Shown: in pieces, positions 26,960-36,930 of the stretch
Layout: each line of letters starts with the position of its first letter
Numbering within the stretch: position 1 is the first letter of the stretch
Origin: a virus
Taxonomy: Duplodnaviria; Caudoviricetes
DNA: 64,000 nt
Reading direction: 5' to 3' (one strand)
Virus record (IMG/VR): IMGVR_UViG_3300034161_000018
Coordinates: 160,001 to 224,000 of that record
The notes under the pieces: generated by a model
Seen by the model: only the letters and a program-made list of their open reading frames with translations
What the model was told of the DNA's origin: nothing
The model's database searches: none
Translations under genes and position numbers: made by a program

Positions 26960-28123
26960 GTGTTTGACCAATTGTTTGAAGTATTGGGCACGCTCGAAAG
27001 CGGGCTTGCAGACAAGACCCTTAAAAGTCCACGTCAAATCAAATCGTTGCTGACTTCGGCTATCAACCAAATCACAACGATGGTGCAAAACGGCGTCACG
27101 GTTCCAAAAGGTTCGCGTTCTTCGCTGAACACTTTGCGCCGCGTAATGTCGGATTGCCTTTCTGGCCTGAATACCGGAAACCTTTCGTATCCGGAACTGC
27201 GCCGCGTTTCCCGCGACAAGATCGGTCGTGAACACGCGCTGCTGAAACGTCTGGAAGTTGCAGACAAAAAGATGCCGTCCACTTTGGAGTTTGAAGACGA
27301 CGACACGGAACCAATGGCCGCGTCTGCTGTTGTGAAAGCCAAGATCAAGGAACTAGCCGCCGCACTGGCCGCTCGCTACGTGGTAAACATTAACCTCAGT
27401 GGTCAAGCTGCCGTAAAAATGATTCGCACCTGTGGCGAACTGACCGAAGTTCTGGAAAACAAACTGTCGCGCATGAGCGACCGTGACGTTAAAAAGATCG
27501 ACGCAGTAAATCTGGTCGCGACTCACACGCTGGAAGAACTTTCGGAAATGCCCCCGGAAGAACTGATTAAAAACCACGGTGAATCCGATGAACTGAAAGC
27601 ACTGGTCGCCAGCTACTCGAAGATTATGTCGAAGCTGCCTTCCACAATGCACAGTTCGTTTCAGGCTTTCGAGTTTGTGGTTGTGCCTTTGTTTAGCGCT
27701 TTGCAAACTGCGAACGGTGCGGCCCGCGCCAAGTTCCTGAATGCGATGCAGCGCGCCGGAATCAAGGTACGAATGATCGGGGATCACTACCCGGTTTTTG
27801 AAAAGCAATACCTGCTCGCGCTGGACTGCAAACGTTTGGGTATCCCGAAAGGTTTGAAGACCACCAAGGCGGGCAAGACCAAAACTGTAAACAACTCCAA
27901 GGCAGACAATGGGCCTGATACGATTGTTGGCGGTGTCCTCGACACAATCAATTCCGTATCCCCAATCAAATATGTTCCGGCCTCGACTCAATTGATTTCC
28001 AACCCACGTAATCCAGACGTTAAGCTGATGTGGATCGTTCCGGAAAATGTTCGGATCGCAATTCACAACGCGCTGCATACGTCCGAAGTGACGTGGGGGC
28101 TTCCGGCAGATATTGAGGCATGA
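26960..28123 (+). CDS. hypothetical protein
   Basis: 387-aa ORF, GAGG RBS, GTG start. Confidence 0.8.
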   Translation: MFDQLFEVLGTLESGLADKTLKSPRQIKSLLTSAINQITTMVQNGVTVPKGSRSSLNTLRRVMSDCLSGLNTGNLSYPELRRVSRDKIGREHALLKRLEVADKKMPSTLEFEDDDTEPMAASAVVKAKIKELAAALAARYVVNINLSGQAAVKMIRTCGELTEVLENKLSRMSDRDVKKIDAVNLVATHTLEELSEMPPEELIKNHGESDELKALVASYSKIMSKLPSTMHSSFQAFEFVVVPLFSALQTANGAARAKFLNAMQRAGIKVRMIGDHYPVFEKQYLLALDCKRLGIPKGLKTTKAGKTKTVNNSKADNGPDTIVGGVLDTINSVSPIKYVPASTQLISNPRNPDVKLMWIVPENVRIAIHNALHTSEVTWGLPADIEA

Positions 28124-28626
28124 AAAAGTACAAAGAAGGTAGTTGCACGATTTGCGAACAGCACTTCACTCTCCTTCATTGGCACCATACTGTCCCGCAA
28201 GCTTTGGGGGGAAAAGACAGTATGCAAATACCTCTGTGTTCGCAATGTCACAATTTGTTGCACGCGAATTCAGAGGCCGTTGTAGCGGCGCGCCGGGGAG
28301 GCAAAGCCAATACACGTACCTTCTGGAAAAACACCAGAGAAGAATCAAATGCGCAACCTTGGTTAGAAATCTTGGTAGACGCAATCGAAAACGCAGCTTC
28401 TGTAGTGGGGAAAAACTACATGATGCGTTTCGAGGCGCCAGCGCATTTGCATCGAGCACTGCAACTGTTCAAGATGGACAGTGGTGTCACCTCCTTGGAT
28501 CGGGCGGTGATACTCGCAATCAGTGAAACTTTAAGGGCTAAGGGCTACCTCAATGACAACAGTACAGAAGAACATCAACGCAAAAGTTCGGGCAACACTC
28601 AAACACCAAAAACCCCTTTGTGGTGA
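28120..28626 (+). CDS. HNH endonuclease domain protein
   Basis: CTIC...HWHHTVPQALGG...LCSQCHNLLH. Confidence 0.85.
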   Translation: MKKYKEGSCTICEQHFTLLHWHHTVPQALGGKDSMQIPLCSQCHNLLHANSEAVVAARRGGKANTRTFWKNTREESNAQPWLEILVDAIENAASVVGKNYMMRFEAPAHLHRALQLFKMDSGVTSLDRAVILAISETLRAKGYLNDNSTEEHQRKSSGNTQTPKTPLW

Positions 28627-29410
28627 TTGCTCAGGCTTCAAAGATGAACGACTGTTGGAAAACTGCAAAAGTGTTTGCGGTAAAGCTGACAAGATTACAA
28701 CATCCGAAGCGTGCCCGTCGTTCGCACCTGCCGTTCGACAACTCTCGGAAATTTCGCAGAAACGTTCATTCGAGCCAATGGTCGATATGATTGCGGAATT
28801 GCCCGACGACTCCCTTCGCGTTCTGGCTTCCATCCTCTACAACGAAAAGCGCACACGGAAAAACGGCTTCTTCTTCGGCCAAAAAGTTTACGTGCGTTAT
28901 CGCGGGGCCAATACGTCGAACTACCTTTCCAATTTCATGATCGCCCACGTCATGTACGTGAGCAACGAGCACTACCGTCTCATGTCTATGGATGGCCGGT
29001 GCGTTCTGACTTTTGGAATCCAGTGCAAGCCAAACATTTTCACCGTCGATCAGTTCGCAGACTTGCGGGCCAAGATGCTGAAAAAGAATAAGCTAGTCGA
29101 TCCTGACGTTGAGCGTCTTCTGTCCAAACGGTTCCAAGCCGAGGAAGAACACGAACTCAATCTCACGAAAGAAAGCGCCATTGGCAACGTCACCACAATC
29201 GACAAAGTGTTCAAGGAAAACGGCGTGCGCCGGTCGAAGAAAAAGACCACGACGCTCATTGACCTTGTTGCGAGTGCCGCAAGCGGTTACGACGTTTCCA
29301 AACAAGCTGGCAAATACGACCCCGAGGTTGAGCGCAACAAAGGAAAAGGCAAGTCAGAAAAATCTGGCGGCGATATTATCTTTTCCGTTGGCGCTGGCTC
29401 GGAGCTTTAA
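28553..29410 (+). CDS. hypothetical protein with N-terminal Cys cluster
   Basis: 285-aa ORF; CGDC...C...C...C. Confidence 0.75.
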   Translation: MTTVQKNINAKVRATLKHQKPLCGDCSGFKDERLLENCKSVCGKADKITTSEACPSFAPAVRQLSEISQKRSFEPMVDMIAELPDDSLRVLASILYNEKRTRKNGFFFGQKVYVRYRGANTSNYLSNFMIAHVMYVSNEHYRLMSMDGRCVLTFGIQCKPNIFTVDQFADLRAKMLKKNKLVDPDVERLLSKRFQAEEEHELNLTKESAIGNVTTIDKVFKENGVRRSKKKTTTLIDLVASAASGYDVSKQAGKYDPEVERNKGKGKSEKSGGDIIFSVGAGSEL

Positions 29411-29415
29411 AGGCG

Positions 29416-30540
29416 ATGGGACTTTCAGACCTAATCCGCGACGGACTCAAACATGACCCCGATTCAACAGAGGGGCGGTACGTCGCAGAAATTTGTGTGA
29501 AGTATGTGACTGGCGTTATCGACGCCTACGCTTTCCAACGCGACATTAAACGGGTGGACATTACTCAATCGAGTTTCAGCGGTCAAAAGTTTCGGCTGGA
29601 ACTGACAAAGAAGGCGTACTACCTTCTGAACCTGAAATACGCGGCGCTGAACCTGACCCTGAATGCGGTCAACGTGAAAATGTTAGAAACCCTTCACAAA
29701 GGTTTTGGCATTACGTTGCCCGACGTGCTGTTGTTGCGCACAATATTCAGTCGGCAGAAATTCCGTCGTGAAATGCGCGACAGTCCGCGTATGAATGGGA
29801 TCGACAAAAAGGCAATCGGCCCGCGTGACATGGAAAGAGTGCGCAGATTGTTTGCCACCTTCCAAGCGCCGGTAATGAAACACATCCGGAACAAGACGTA
29901 CAAGAAATTGCGGTTCGTGGCAAACTCGGAAAACTCCGAACACCGCGACCTGCACAGCGAGATTATGACGAAGGCACTGACCGTTTATTACGGAATGATG
30001 CCGACCACAAAGTCGGAAGCCCACGTCCTAAACTATTTGCGCCTGACCTGCACCAACCACGTTCTAAACATTATCGACTCCGCGACCACGGAGAAAAAAG
30101 GTCGGTTGAAGAACACCGGGAAAGACGGCTACGGCGGTTCAAACTATGAACTGAAAGTCGTTTCTGAAAACCAGCAATCCGTCGCTGGTGATGACATGGA
30201 GCCGACAGAGTTTGCCGGAACCATGAACGACAACAACCGATCCGACGCCACGAAACTGGAATCGGAAATAGTTGTGAGTCGTCTGCTGAACAAGTACAAA
30301 GGTCGGAAAAGGGCCGCGCTGAATATTCTGTGCGGCAACTACGATCAGAAGTTTACAAAGTGGCTTCTTGCACGGGGCCGAATCAAGGATGGTGAAGATC
30401 ACCAAGACTTGCAACAGCGAGTCGTTCACACAACCTTTATCGGTTTGCTGGCGGATTTCCTTGGCGTGTTGCGGGCAAGCTTTGAAAAGTTTGTCGCGCA
30501 CGTCGGTCGGAACTTGAAGTCTCACTTGGAACTTGCCTAA
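29416..30540 (+). CDS. second sigma-factor-like protein
   Basis: RDLHSEIMTKAL...VLNYLRLTCTNHVLNII resembles region 2; region-4-like start near C-terminus. Confidence 0.5.
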   Translation: MGLSDLIRDGLKHDPDSTEGRYVAEICVKYVTGVIDAYAFQRDIKRVDITQSSFSGQKFRLELTKKAYYLLNLKYAALNLTLNAVNVKMLETLHKGFGITLPDVLLLRTIFSRQKFRREMRDSPRMNGIDKKAIGPRDMERVRRLFATFQAPVMKHIRNKTYKKLRFVANSENSEHRDLHSEIMTKALTVYYGMMPTTKSEAHVLNYLRLTCTNHVLNIIDSATTEKKGRLKNTGKDGYGGSNYELKVVSENQQSVAGDDMEPTEFAGTMNDNNRSDATKLESEIVVSRLLNKYKGRKRAALNILCGNYDQKFTKWLLARGRIKDGEDHQDLQQRVVHTTFIGLLADFLGVLRASFEKFVAHVGRNLKSHLELA

Positions 30541-30884
30541 TGAAAAACCTTGAAGCACTTGCATTTGATTTGTGGCGGGATGATGCCAATGACTCTTTCA
30601 AGCGTCTGATGATGCTTGAGGTTCACCGATTGGCGGCAGCAAAGCACAATCAATCGGCCTCGAAAGTTTACTTCGAGCTTCGGAAGCAATACCCAAATGT
30701 TTCTGAAACGAATTTCAGCGACGCAGTTGCAGCACTCAAACAGTTTGACGCGATTGGGTACTACCCGATTAAAGGCGCGAAGGGAAATCACTTCCACCTG
30801 AATGCGGCACGCTCTGAGAAGTGGACGCAATACCAAACCTACGTCGCAGAAAACTTTCCTCACCTCTGCCAAAGAGCCAGTTAA
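30540..30884 (+). CDS. hypothetical protein
   Basis: 114-aa ORF, TAATG coupling. Confidence 0.7.
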   Translation: MKNLEALAFDLWRDDANDSFKRLMMLEVHRLAAAKHNQSASKVYFELRKQYPNVSETNFSDAVAALKQFDAIGYYPIKGAKGNHFHLNAARSEKWTQYQTYVAENFPHLCQRAS

Positions 30885-30887
30885 CTT

Positions 30888-32324
30888 ATGCTGCTGTATA
30901 GCCAAACTGCGGAATTGCGGGCGATCAGAACTCTGACCTCCCCAAAAATTGACGAGAGCGTCAGAAGTACGTGGCTAGGGCAGCTTAGTAAGGATTATTT
31001 TCACTTCGAGCCTTGCCAGCGGGCATTTGAACGAATCGACAAGTTGGCGAAAAAACGTTTCCGCATTATCTCTTTCAAGGCGCTGATTGAAGACCCAAGC
31101 CTCGACGAAGATATGCGGGACGTGCTTTCGACAATGAGCGAAAAGCCCGCAATCAAAAAGAGCCAGCGAAAAGAAACATTAGAAACGCTGGATAACTACC
31201 GCAAGATTCGCATCCTTTATTACGCTGCAAAGGACACGCTTGAAGCAATGGGGGAAACGGAAGTCGATGTTGATTCCCTCCTTGAAGAACACGCGCAGGC
31301 AGTAGCTCGCGCAAACATGAAAGGAGCACACGAAGAATTTTTCCTAAACTTCGGCGCCCACGATAGTTCGGACGCAATCATCGGCGACATTCTCGCTGGC
31401 AAGATTCGTCCGCGTATCAAGTCGGGCTTTCCGGAGTATGACGAACGATCAGGCGGCTTGCCTGAAAACGGCGTCATGATTATTGCGGCAACAACGTCGG
31501 GCGGTAAGTCCACAATCGCAATGATTATTTCCAAGATCATGTACCTCGTAAACAAAATGAGCGTACTGCGCATCACCTTGGAAATGCAGGAACTGCAAGA
31601 AACGCAACGTTTGTTTTCCAACCTCACTGGCATTCCACTTCGCCGGTTCACCCAAAACAAACTGACGATGGCCGACAAGGCATTGGTCAAGCGTAAGCAC
31701 AAAGAGTATGTAGCTCACGGCAAGAAACACGGCATCACCTACACAACTATTTCCCCGAAAGGTGAAATGACAATCGACGGCGCGCTGCGGATGGCAAAAC
31801 CATTCGGGCACAAAATCATTGTGATCGACTATCTCGGTTTGCTGGACGGCACCGATGGCGACGATCAGTGGAAGGCGCTCAACGCCGCTGCCCGAACTGC
31901 GAAAAACTATTCGCGTGAAACTGGCGCGCTGGTTATTCTGTTGGCTCAGCTTGACGATGCGACGGACAAGTTGCGTTACGCTCGCGGTATTAAGGAACAC
32001 GCGGACGTAATGTGGCAGTGGAACTACTCAAAACCGGAACAGCGCGAAAGCCGCGTGATTCCGATTCAAGTGTCGAAAGACCGGGACGCGGAACTGTACA
32101 CCTTCGACGTGGGCGAACGTTTCGACGTAATGAACGTGACCACGAACGGCGGCGCAGGCCAAGTCCACAAGCCGGATGATTCGGAAGATGAAGATAAGCC
32201 CAAAAAGGGCGGATTCGGAAAAGGTAAAAACAAGAAAATCGAAGGGAAAAAACTCAAAGGGAAAAAGTCTAAGTTCAAAGAGGACGAAGACGACGATGAC
32301 ACTGGGAAGGATGCTCTCTCCTGA
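30888..32324 (+). CDS. dnaB: replicative DNA helicase (DnaB-like)
   Basis: IKSGFPEYDERSGGL, Walker A TTSGGKS, TLEM, IVIDYLGLL, LLAQL. Confidence 0.9.
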   Translation: MLLYSQTAELRAIRTLTSPKIDESVRSTWLGQLSKDYFHFEPCQRAFERIDKLAKKRFRIISFKALIEDPSLDEDMRDVLSTMSEKPAIKKSQRKETLETLDNYRKIRILYYAAKDTLEAMGETEVDVDSLLEEHAQAVARANMKGAHEEFFLNFGAHDSSDAIIGDILAGKIRPRIKSGFPEYDERSGGLPENGVMIIAATTSGGKSTIAMIISKIMYLVNKMSVLRITLEMQELQETQRLFSNLTGIPLRRFTQNKLTMADKALVKRKHKEYVAHGKKHGITYTTISPKGEMTIDGALRMAKPFGHKIIVIDYLGLLDGTDGDDQWKALNAAARTAKNYSRETGALVILLAQLDDATDKLRYARGIKEHADVMWQWNYSKPEQRESRVIPIQVSKDRDAELYTFDVGERFDVMNVTTNGGAGQVHKPDDSEDEDKPKKGGFGKGKNKKIEGKKLKGKKSKFKEDEDDDDTGKDALS

Positions 32325-33021
32325 TGAACTCGTTTCCGGTTTTATTCCCCCGGTAGCAACACACGAAGCGCGGCCCACAAAGCCGCGTTTTCGCGTTCGG
32401 CGCCGAGATTCTTTCAATTTCCTTTCCGGAGTTTTCTTTGGCAACCCGCTTGGCTACCGAAACACGATGACGGTAGACATTGAGTTGCCAGCGGAAAAGC
32501 CCAAACCTATTTACCGTGACGGCATCAACTATCACGAAGCTGATGTGATTGCGGATAACGTTTTTGAAGTACCGGACGCGGAACTGTTGGCCTTCAACGA
32601 TCAGACGATTGACAAGGCCGAAGCGTTCAAACAAATCATGTATTCCAGCGCCGCAACATTGAGCGCAATGGACACCGCTTCTGATTACGTTGGTGCAGCG
32701 CTCAATGATGGCCTCGATTTAGGACTCGATATGGATGATCGCCCGTTTGCGGCTTTCGTCCATTTTTCACGTCTGGAGATTTTATCGCAAGCCGTCGAGC
32801 TTTTAAAAATCAGCGACAAACAAAAACGTTTGCTGCTGGGGTATCTGACCAAAGCAATGTCGGACAAAGCGGTCGAAGCAATGACTGCAATGGACAATGG
32901 CGAGAAAGCTAGACGTATGCTGCAAGCGCAGATGCACGCGGTTGTAAAACCTCAATCACGACAGACCGAGGAAATTGATCTTTACGACAAGAAACTCGGC
33001 CACAAGAGGGCGCGTCTGTGA
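32311..33021 (+). CDS. hypothetical helical protein, candidate terminase small subunit
   Basis: directly upstream of and GTGA-coupled to TerL; start uncertain (32311 or 32467). Confidence 0.45.
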   Translation: MLSPDELVSGFIPPVATHEARPTKPRFRVRRRDSFNFLSGVFFGNPLGYRNTMTVDIELPAEKPKPIYRDGINYHEADVIADNVFEVPDAELLAFNDQTIDKAEAFKQIMYSSAATLSAMDTASDYVGAALNDGLDLGLDMDDRPFAAFVHFSRLEILSQAVELLKISDKQKRLLLGYLTKAMSDKAVEAMTAMDNGEKARRMLQAQMHAVVKPQSRQTEEIDLYDKKLGHKRARL

Positions 33022-35939
33022 AGCTACGAGAAAAGAGCAAAAAGAAAACAAGCTCAAACATTATTGTTCCGAGCACGGAAATCATCACGCCGGACAACCC
33101 GTTCGACTATTTGCAAACGTTGAAGAAAGGCGGATTGAAATCTACGCACGGTGAAGACTTTGACCCGGCAGCGTTGGCATCCAGTCGAACGGTAATCGGT
33201 GCGGGCAACTATGACGATCAGGAAATCGACATTGCCCGACAGATTCGCGAAACGGTAGATTCCAAAATCATCGTCCCAAAGGATATGAAAATCGACGATG
33301 GGGATTTGCCCTGCGCTGCAAACTTTTACGAATGGGTTACAGAAGACCGATTCGGGGCCGTCGATGAAGAACGCCCATTCCTTGAACAGTTGATTTGGGG
33401 AATCGTAACGTTCAACGACGCATGCCCGCGCTGCTCCGATAACGAATGGTTGTATCACGATCACAAGGTCGATGACACGTACCGGAAGTTTGAAAGAAAA
33501 GTTGCACTGATGCACCACGGCGTTTGCCCGCATTGCAAAATGGGCCGTTCGGAATTGGTCACGTCCGGGCAAATGAAATTCATCAACGAACTCGCGGTGA
33601 ACGCGGGCCAGCGTTGTGTGATTGGAACCACGCCGGTTCTGACAGCCGAAGGTGTGTTGCGTATTTCGGAATGTTTACCGGATGCGCCGTATTACTTCAC
33701 CGATTTTGAAATGGATGTGCATAACGGTAATGAGTTGGAAACTACTTCCGATTTCTACCGCGCCAAACCAGAACTCATTATCCGCGTGAAACTTTCCAAC
33801 GGTGTTTCGATTGCGGGCACCGCTGACCATCCAATCCTTTGTGGCGAAACGTTTATCACATTGGGCGAGATTGCGATGGGCCAAGAAGTCGGAGTCGCAT
33901 ACGGCCAGCGCTGTTTCGGTTCCGGTGTTCTCGATTACGCTTTCCAAGTTGGCGCCCGGTTCAACGCGCCAGAAGTCAGCAAGACAATTCGTACCGCAAA
34001 TGTTTGGATGGTGCGGGATTTCTTGCGTGGCATGTTTCAGTCGAAGGAACGCGCTTTCCTTTCGATGTTGGCAATCTCAGACGTAAGCGCCCTGCTCTTT
34101 AACCTCGGCATTTATCATAGCATTGACGGCCCGGCAATTATTTTGACGGATGACGGCTTTGCCTTTTTACATGGCGACGGCAACGATCTTCCTTCCGGCA
34201 CCGTAATGGAAAAAGTTGTAGCCATTACGATGGAAGCCGAACAGGATACCTTCGATTTCACCTTGCCCCAAACTCACCAGTTTGTAACAGGCGGAATCAT
34301 CAGTCACAACTCTGGCAAATCTCACACAATCGGCGGATACCTTTACCCGTATCTGACTCACCGAATGTTGAAAATGCAAAAGCCCGCGCAGTTCTATCGC
34401 TTGGCGCGGACAACCGTTTTGCATGCCACGTTTGTTGCACTCACCTATGCGCAAGCCAAAGATACTTTGTGGACACCGTTTTACGGCGCGATCCTTTCGA
34501 GCCAATGGTTCCAGCAATATCACAGCATGCTCAAATTCTACGAAAACAAATACGGCGAATCGCTGCTGAAACTCAACGACACGTTCGTTGTTTACAAGCC
34601 GCGTGGCCTCATGGTTTATCCGGCTGGCCCGGACAAACGGGTTCTCCGTGGTCGTACACGATTCGGCGCCTCAATCGACGAAATCGCATACTTCGACAGC
34701 CAGAAAGATTCCACCAAAGTAAAAATCAACGCCCACGAAGTTTACGACGCAATGACGAACAGCCTGTATACCTTGCGGGCAGCGGCAGAACGTTTGATTA
34801 ACAACGGCGCCGACGACGTGTTCCCCGGTTACTCGATGAACGTAACGTCGCCGGTTGCGCGCAACGACATGATTCACACATTGTTGAATCGCGCAAAAGA
34901 TTCGCAATCCATGTATGGCATTCACCGGCCAACATGGGAAGTAAACCCGGACTTCCCGCGCAACTCCCGTTTGATTACGGAAGCGTATCGGAAAGACCCG
35001 GACTCGGCTGAGAAAAACTTTGGCGCCAACCCGCCACTGATTGCAAACCCGTTTATCTCAAACCACGATTTCATCACCGGCGCAGAAGACCGCGACCGGA
35101 AGTCTGTTGTGAAAATCGAAATCGTCATGAAGACTTCCCGTAAACAGGGCCAGTCGTTTATGTACGGTCAGGTGAAGAAAGTCAAAAAGTCTGCGTATGC
35201 GACAATGATGGCACTCGACGCCGGTTTGACAGACAACAGTTTTGCGATGGCTGGTGGCCGACCAGACGGGCTTAATTTAAAAGTAGACTTCGCAACCGAG
35301 ATTATTCCGCAGAACGGTTTCAAGATTAACCACAGTTTGGTTTACTCCGACTTGATCTTGCCAGTAATGGAAGCGCGTAATTGCAAAATCCTACTGGCCG
35401 ACCGCTGGAACTCGATCAAACTTCTGGACGACGCAAAGCTCGATATGGGCGATCCGGAAGACGATGAAGATACTTTCATTGCGAAACAATACAGCCTCAA
35501 GTATCGGGACATGGTTAGCGTGCGGACTTGCCTTGAACAAGGTATTATCCGTTTGCCAAAATCCGAAATCAAAGTCAAATCCTTGCTGGAAGTGCTTGAC
35601 TCGGAATACCGTGACTTCTACGACGGCAAACCAATTGCGCATTTGTTTAAGCAACTGTACACCATTAAAGACTTGGAAAAATCGGTCGGCAAAGGTGACG
35701 GTTACACGGACGATATTTGGCGCGCTGTTGCTTTGCTTCTTTGGGGTTTGATGGAAGAAGAATTCCAAGGCATTCTGCTTTCCGAACCTGTTCACTTTGA
35801 AAAAACCAAACCGGCTGCTCTCGGGTTCTCCCGTTTGTACTCGGGCGGTGGCGGCACAGTTGGATCAGGCCAAGGCGGCGGACAAGCAACTCTAATCAAC
35901 GGCGCACCACTCGGCGTAATGGCGCGCAACAAACGGTAA
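33018..35939 (+). CDS. terminase large subunit with intein
   Basis: Walker A GQR|SGKS split by intein; Walker B SIDEIAYF; nuclease ALDAG. Confidence 0.9.
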   Translation: MKLREKSKKKTSSNIIVPSTEIITPDNPFDYLQTLKKGGLKSTHGEDFDPAALASSRTVIGAGNYDDQEIDIARQIRETVDSKIIVPKDMKIDDGDLPCAANFYEWVTEDRFGAVDEERPFLEQLIWGIVTFNDACPRCSDNEWLYHDHKVDDTYRKFERKVALMHHGVCPHCKMGRSELVTSGQMKFINELAVNAGQRCVIGTTPVLTAEGVLRISECLPDAPYYFTDFEMDVHNGNELETTSDFYRAKPELIIRVKLSNGVSIAGTADHPILCGETFITLGEIAMGQEVGVAYGQRCFGSGVLDYAFQVGARFNAPEVSKTIRTANVWMVRDFLRGMFQSKERAFLSMLAISDVSALLFNLGIYHSIDGPAIILTDDGFAFLHGDGNDLPSGTVMEKVVAITMEAEQDTFDFTLPQTHQFVTGGIISHNSGKSHTIGGYLYPYLTHRMLKMQKPAQFYRLARTTVLHATFVALTYAQAKDTLWTPFYGAILSSQWFQQYHSMLKFYENKYGESLLKLNDTFVVYKPRGLMVYPAGPDKRVLRGRTRFGASIDEIAYFDSQKDSTKVKINAHEVYDAMTNSLYTLRAAAERLINNGADDVFPGYSMNVTSPVARNDMIHTLLNRAKDSQSMYGIHRPTWEVNPDFPRNSRLITEAYRKDPDSAEKNFGANPPLIANPFISNHDFITGAEDRDRKSVVKIEIVMKTSRKQGQSFMYGQVKKVKKSAYATMMALDAGLTDNSFAMAGGRPDGLNLKVDFATEIIPQNGFKINHSLVYSDLILPVMEARNCKILLADRWNSIKLLDDAKLDMGDPEDDEDTFIAKQYSLKYRDMVSVRTCLEQGIIRLPKSEIKVKSLLEVLDSEYRDFYDGKPIAHLFKQLYTIKDLEKSVGKGDGYTDDIWRAVALLLWGLMEEEFQGILLSEPVHFEKTKPAALGFSRLYSGGGGTVGSGQGGGQATLINGAPLGVMARNKR
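33615..34310 (+). mobile_element. intein (232 aa) in TerL Walker A, degenerate endonuclease
   Basis: N-terminal CVIGTTPVLT, block B TADHPI, C-terminal TFDFTL...ISHN followed by Ser. Confidence 0.92.
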
Positions 35940-35945
35940 ACCAAA

Positions 35946-36212
35946 ATGAAAGTTACCCTTGCGCAAGTAGAAGAAAACATTGTTCGCGAAGAAATCTGGA
36001 TTGTTCCGGGCACCAAAGCGACAATCGTTGCGTTGATTTGCAAAAACGGTTACGTCGCTACTGGTTTCAATAACTGCGCTGACCCAGCCGAGCACGATGC
36101 TGAATACGGTTTGCAAGCCGCACGCGAAGAAGCAATGAGCGACGTGTGGAAGCAATTGGGTTATGAGCTTCGCACCAAATTGCTGGAGGCGAAAGATGGC
36201 GGTCAAAGTTGA
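35946..36212 (+). CDS. phage gp49/gp66 family small protein (nucleotide-sponge candidate)
   Basis: KNGYVATG...CADPAEHDAEYG...AREEA...VWKQLGYEL. Confidence 0.7.
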   Translation: MKVTLAQVEENIVREEIWIVPGTKATIVALICKNGYVATGFNNCADPAEHDAEYGLQAAREEAMSDVWKQLGYELRTKLLEAKDGGQS

Positions 36213-36876
36213 TTCCTATAAGTGGTTCAAGTACGCCGGTCGGCATCTGATTTTTCCAACCGGCCACCCCGATCATGAACTCAGTTTGTTTGATGGTGAA
36301 ATCTACGGCTACAAGAAGTTCAAAGACAAACATTATGTGATCGACAAATCCAATCCGGAGATTCGTTTTGAATTGAAGGAAAAGGATGCGTTGCGCATTT
36401 TGAAAATGTCGGCGGGCTGGTCGGGATTGGTGCGCAAGGTTCCCGTAAAAGGCGGCATTGGCGGGAAAGACAAACCGGCGCCAAGTACGCAAGATACGAA
36501 AAACCTACACTTCCTCGAAATCGACAGTAGCAACCTGAAAGAAGCGGTTTACGACAAAAAGGAAAAAACTCTTTACGTCGGATTCCACACTTCCCCGGCC
36601 AAGTGGGCGTACCTGAATGTGACGCCTCGCGAAGTGCGCGAACTGGAAGAATCACCGAGCCAAGGCCGGTATTTCATCTACAAGATTCGCGAAGTGAAAC
36701 CGCAACATCGCGTTCGCTCAATGCCTACGCAAGCTGCTCCGATTCCGGAAGTTGAACCCGTTGCAGAAGTGCCGCCAGTAGCCAAACCGAAGAAATCGCA
36801 GACCGCAAAACAAGCGGTTAAAGATTTGCCGAAACCTGCTGTGGCCCCGGAAACAAAACCGAAACGACGGCGCTGA
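36196..36876 (+). CDS. KTSC domain protein
   Basis: IDSSNLKEAVYD...LYVGF...YLNV...LEESPSQGRYF; ATG 36196. Confidence 0.8.
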   Translation: MAVKVDSYKWFKYAGRHLIFPTGHPDHELSLFDGEIYGYKKFKDKHYVIDKSNPEIRFELKEKDALRILKMSAGWSGLVRKVPVKGGIGGKDKPAPSTQDTKNLHFLEIDSSNLKEAVYDKKEKTLYVGFHTSPAKWAYLNVTPREVRELEESPSQGRYFIYKIREVKPQHRVRSMPTQAAPIPEVEPVAEVPPVAKPKKSQTAKQAVKDLPKPAVAPETKPKRRR

Positions 36877-36930
36877 GAAAAGCGTAAAGACACATTGTCC
36901 AATCGCGGTTTTGTGAAAAGAGAGAACTGA

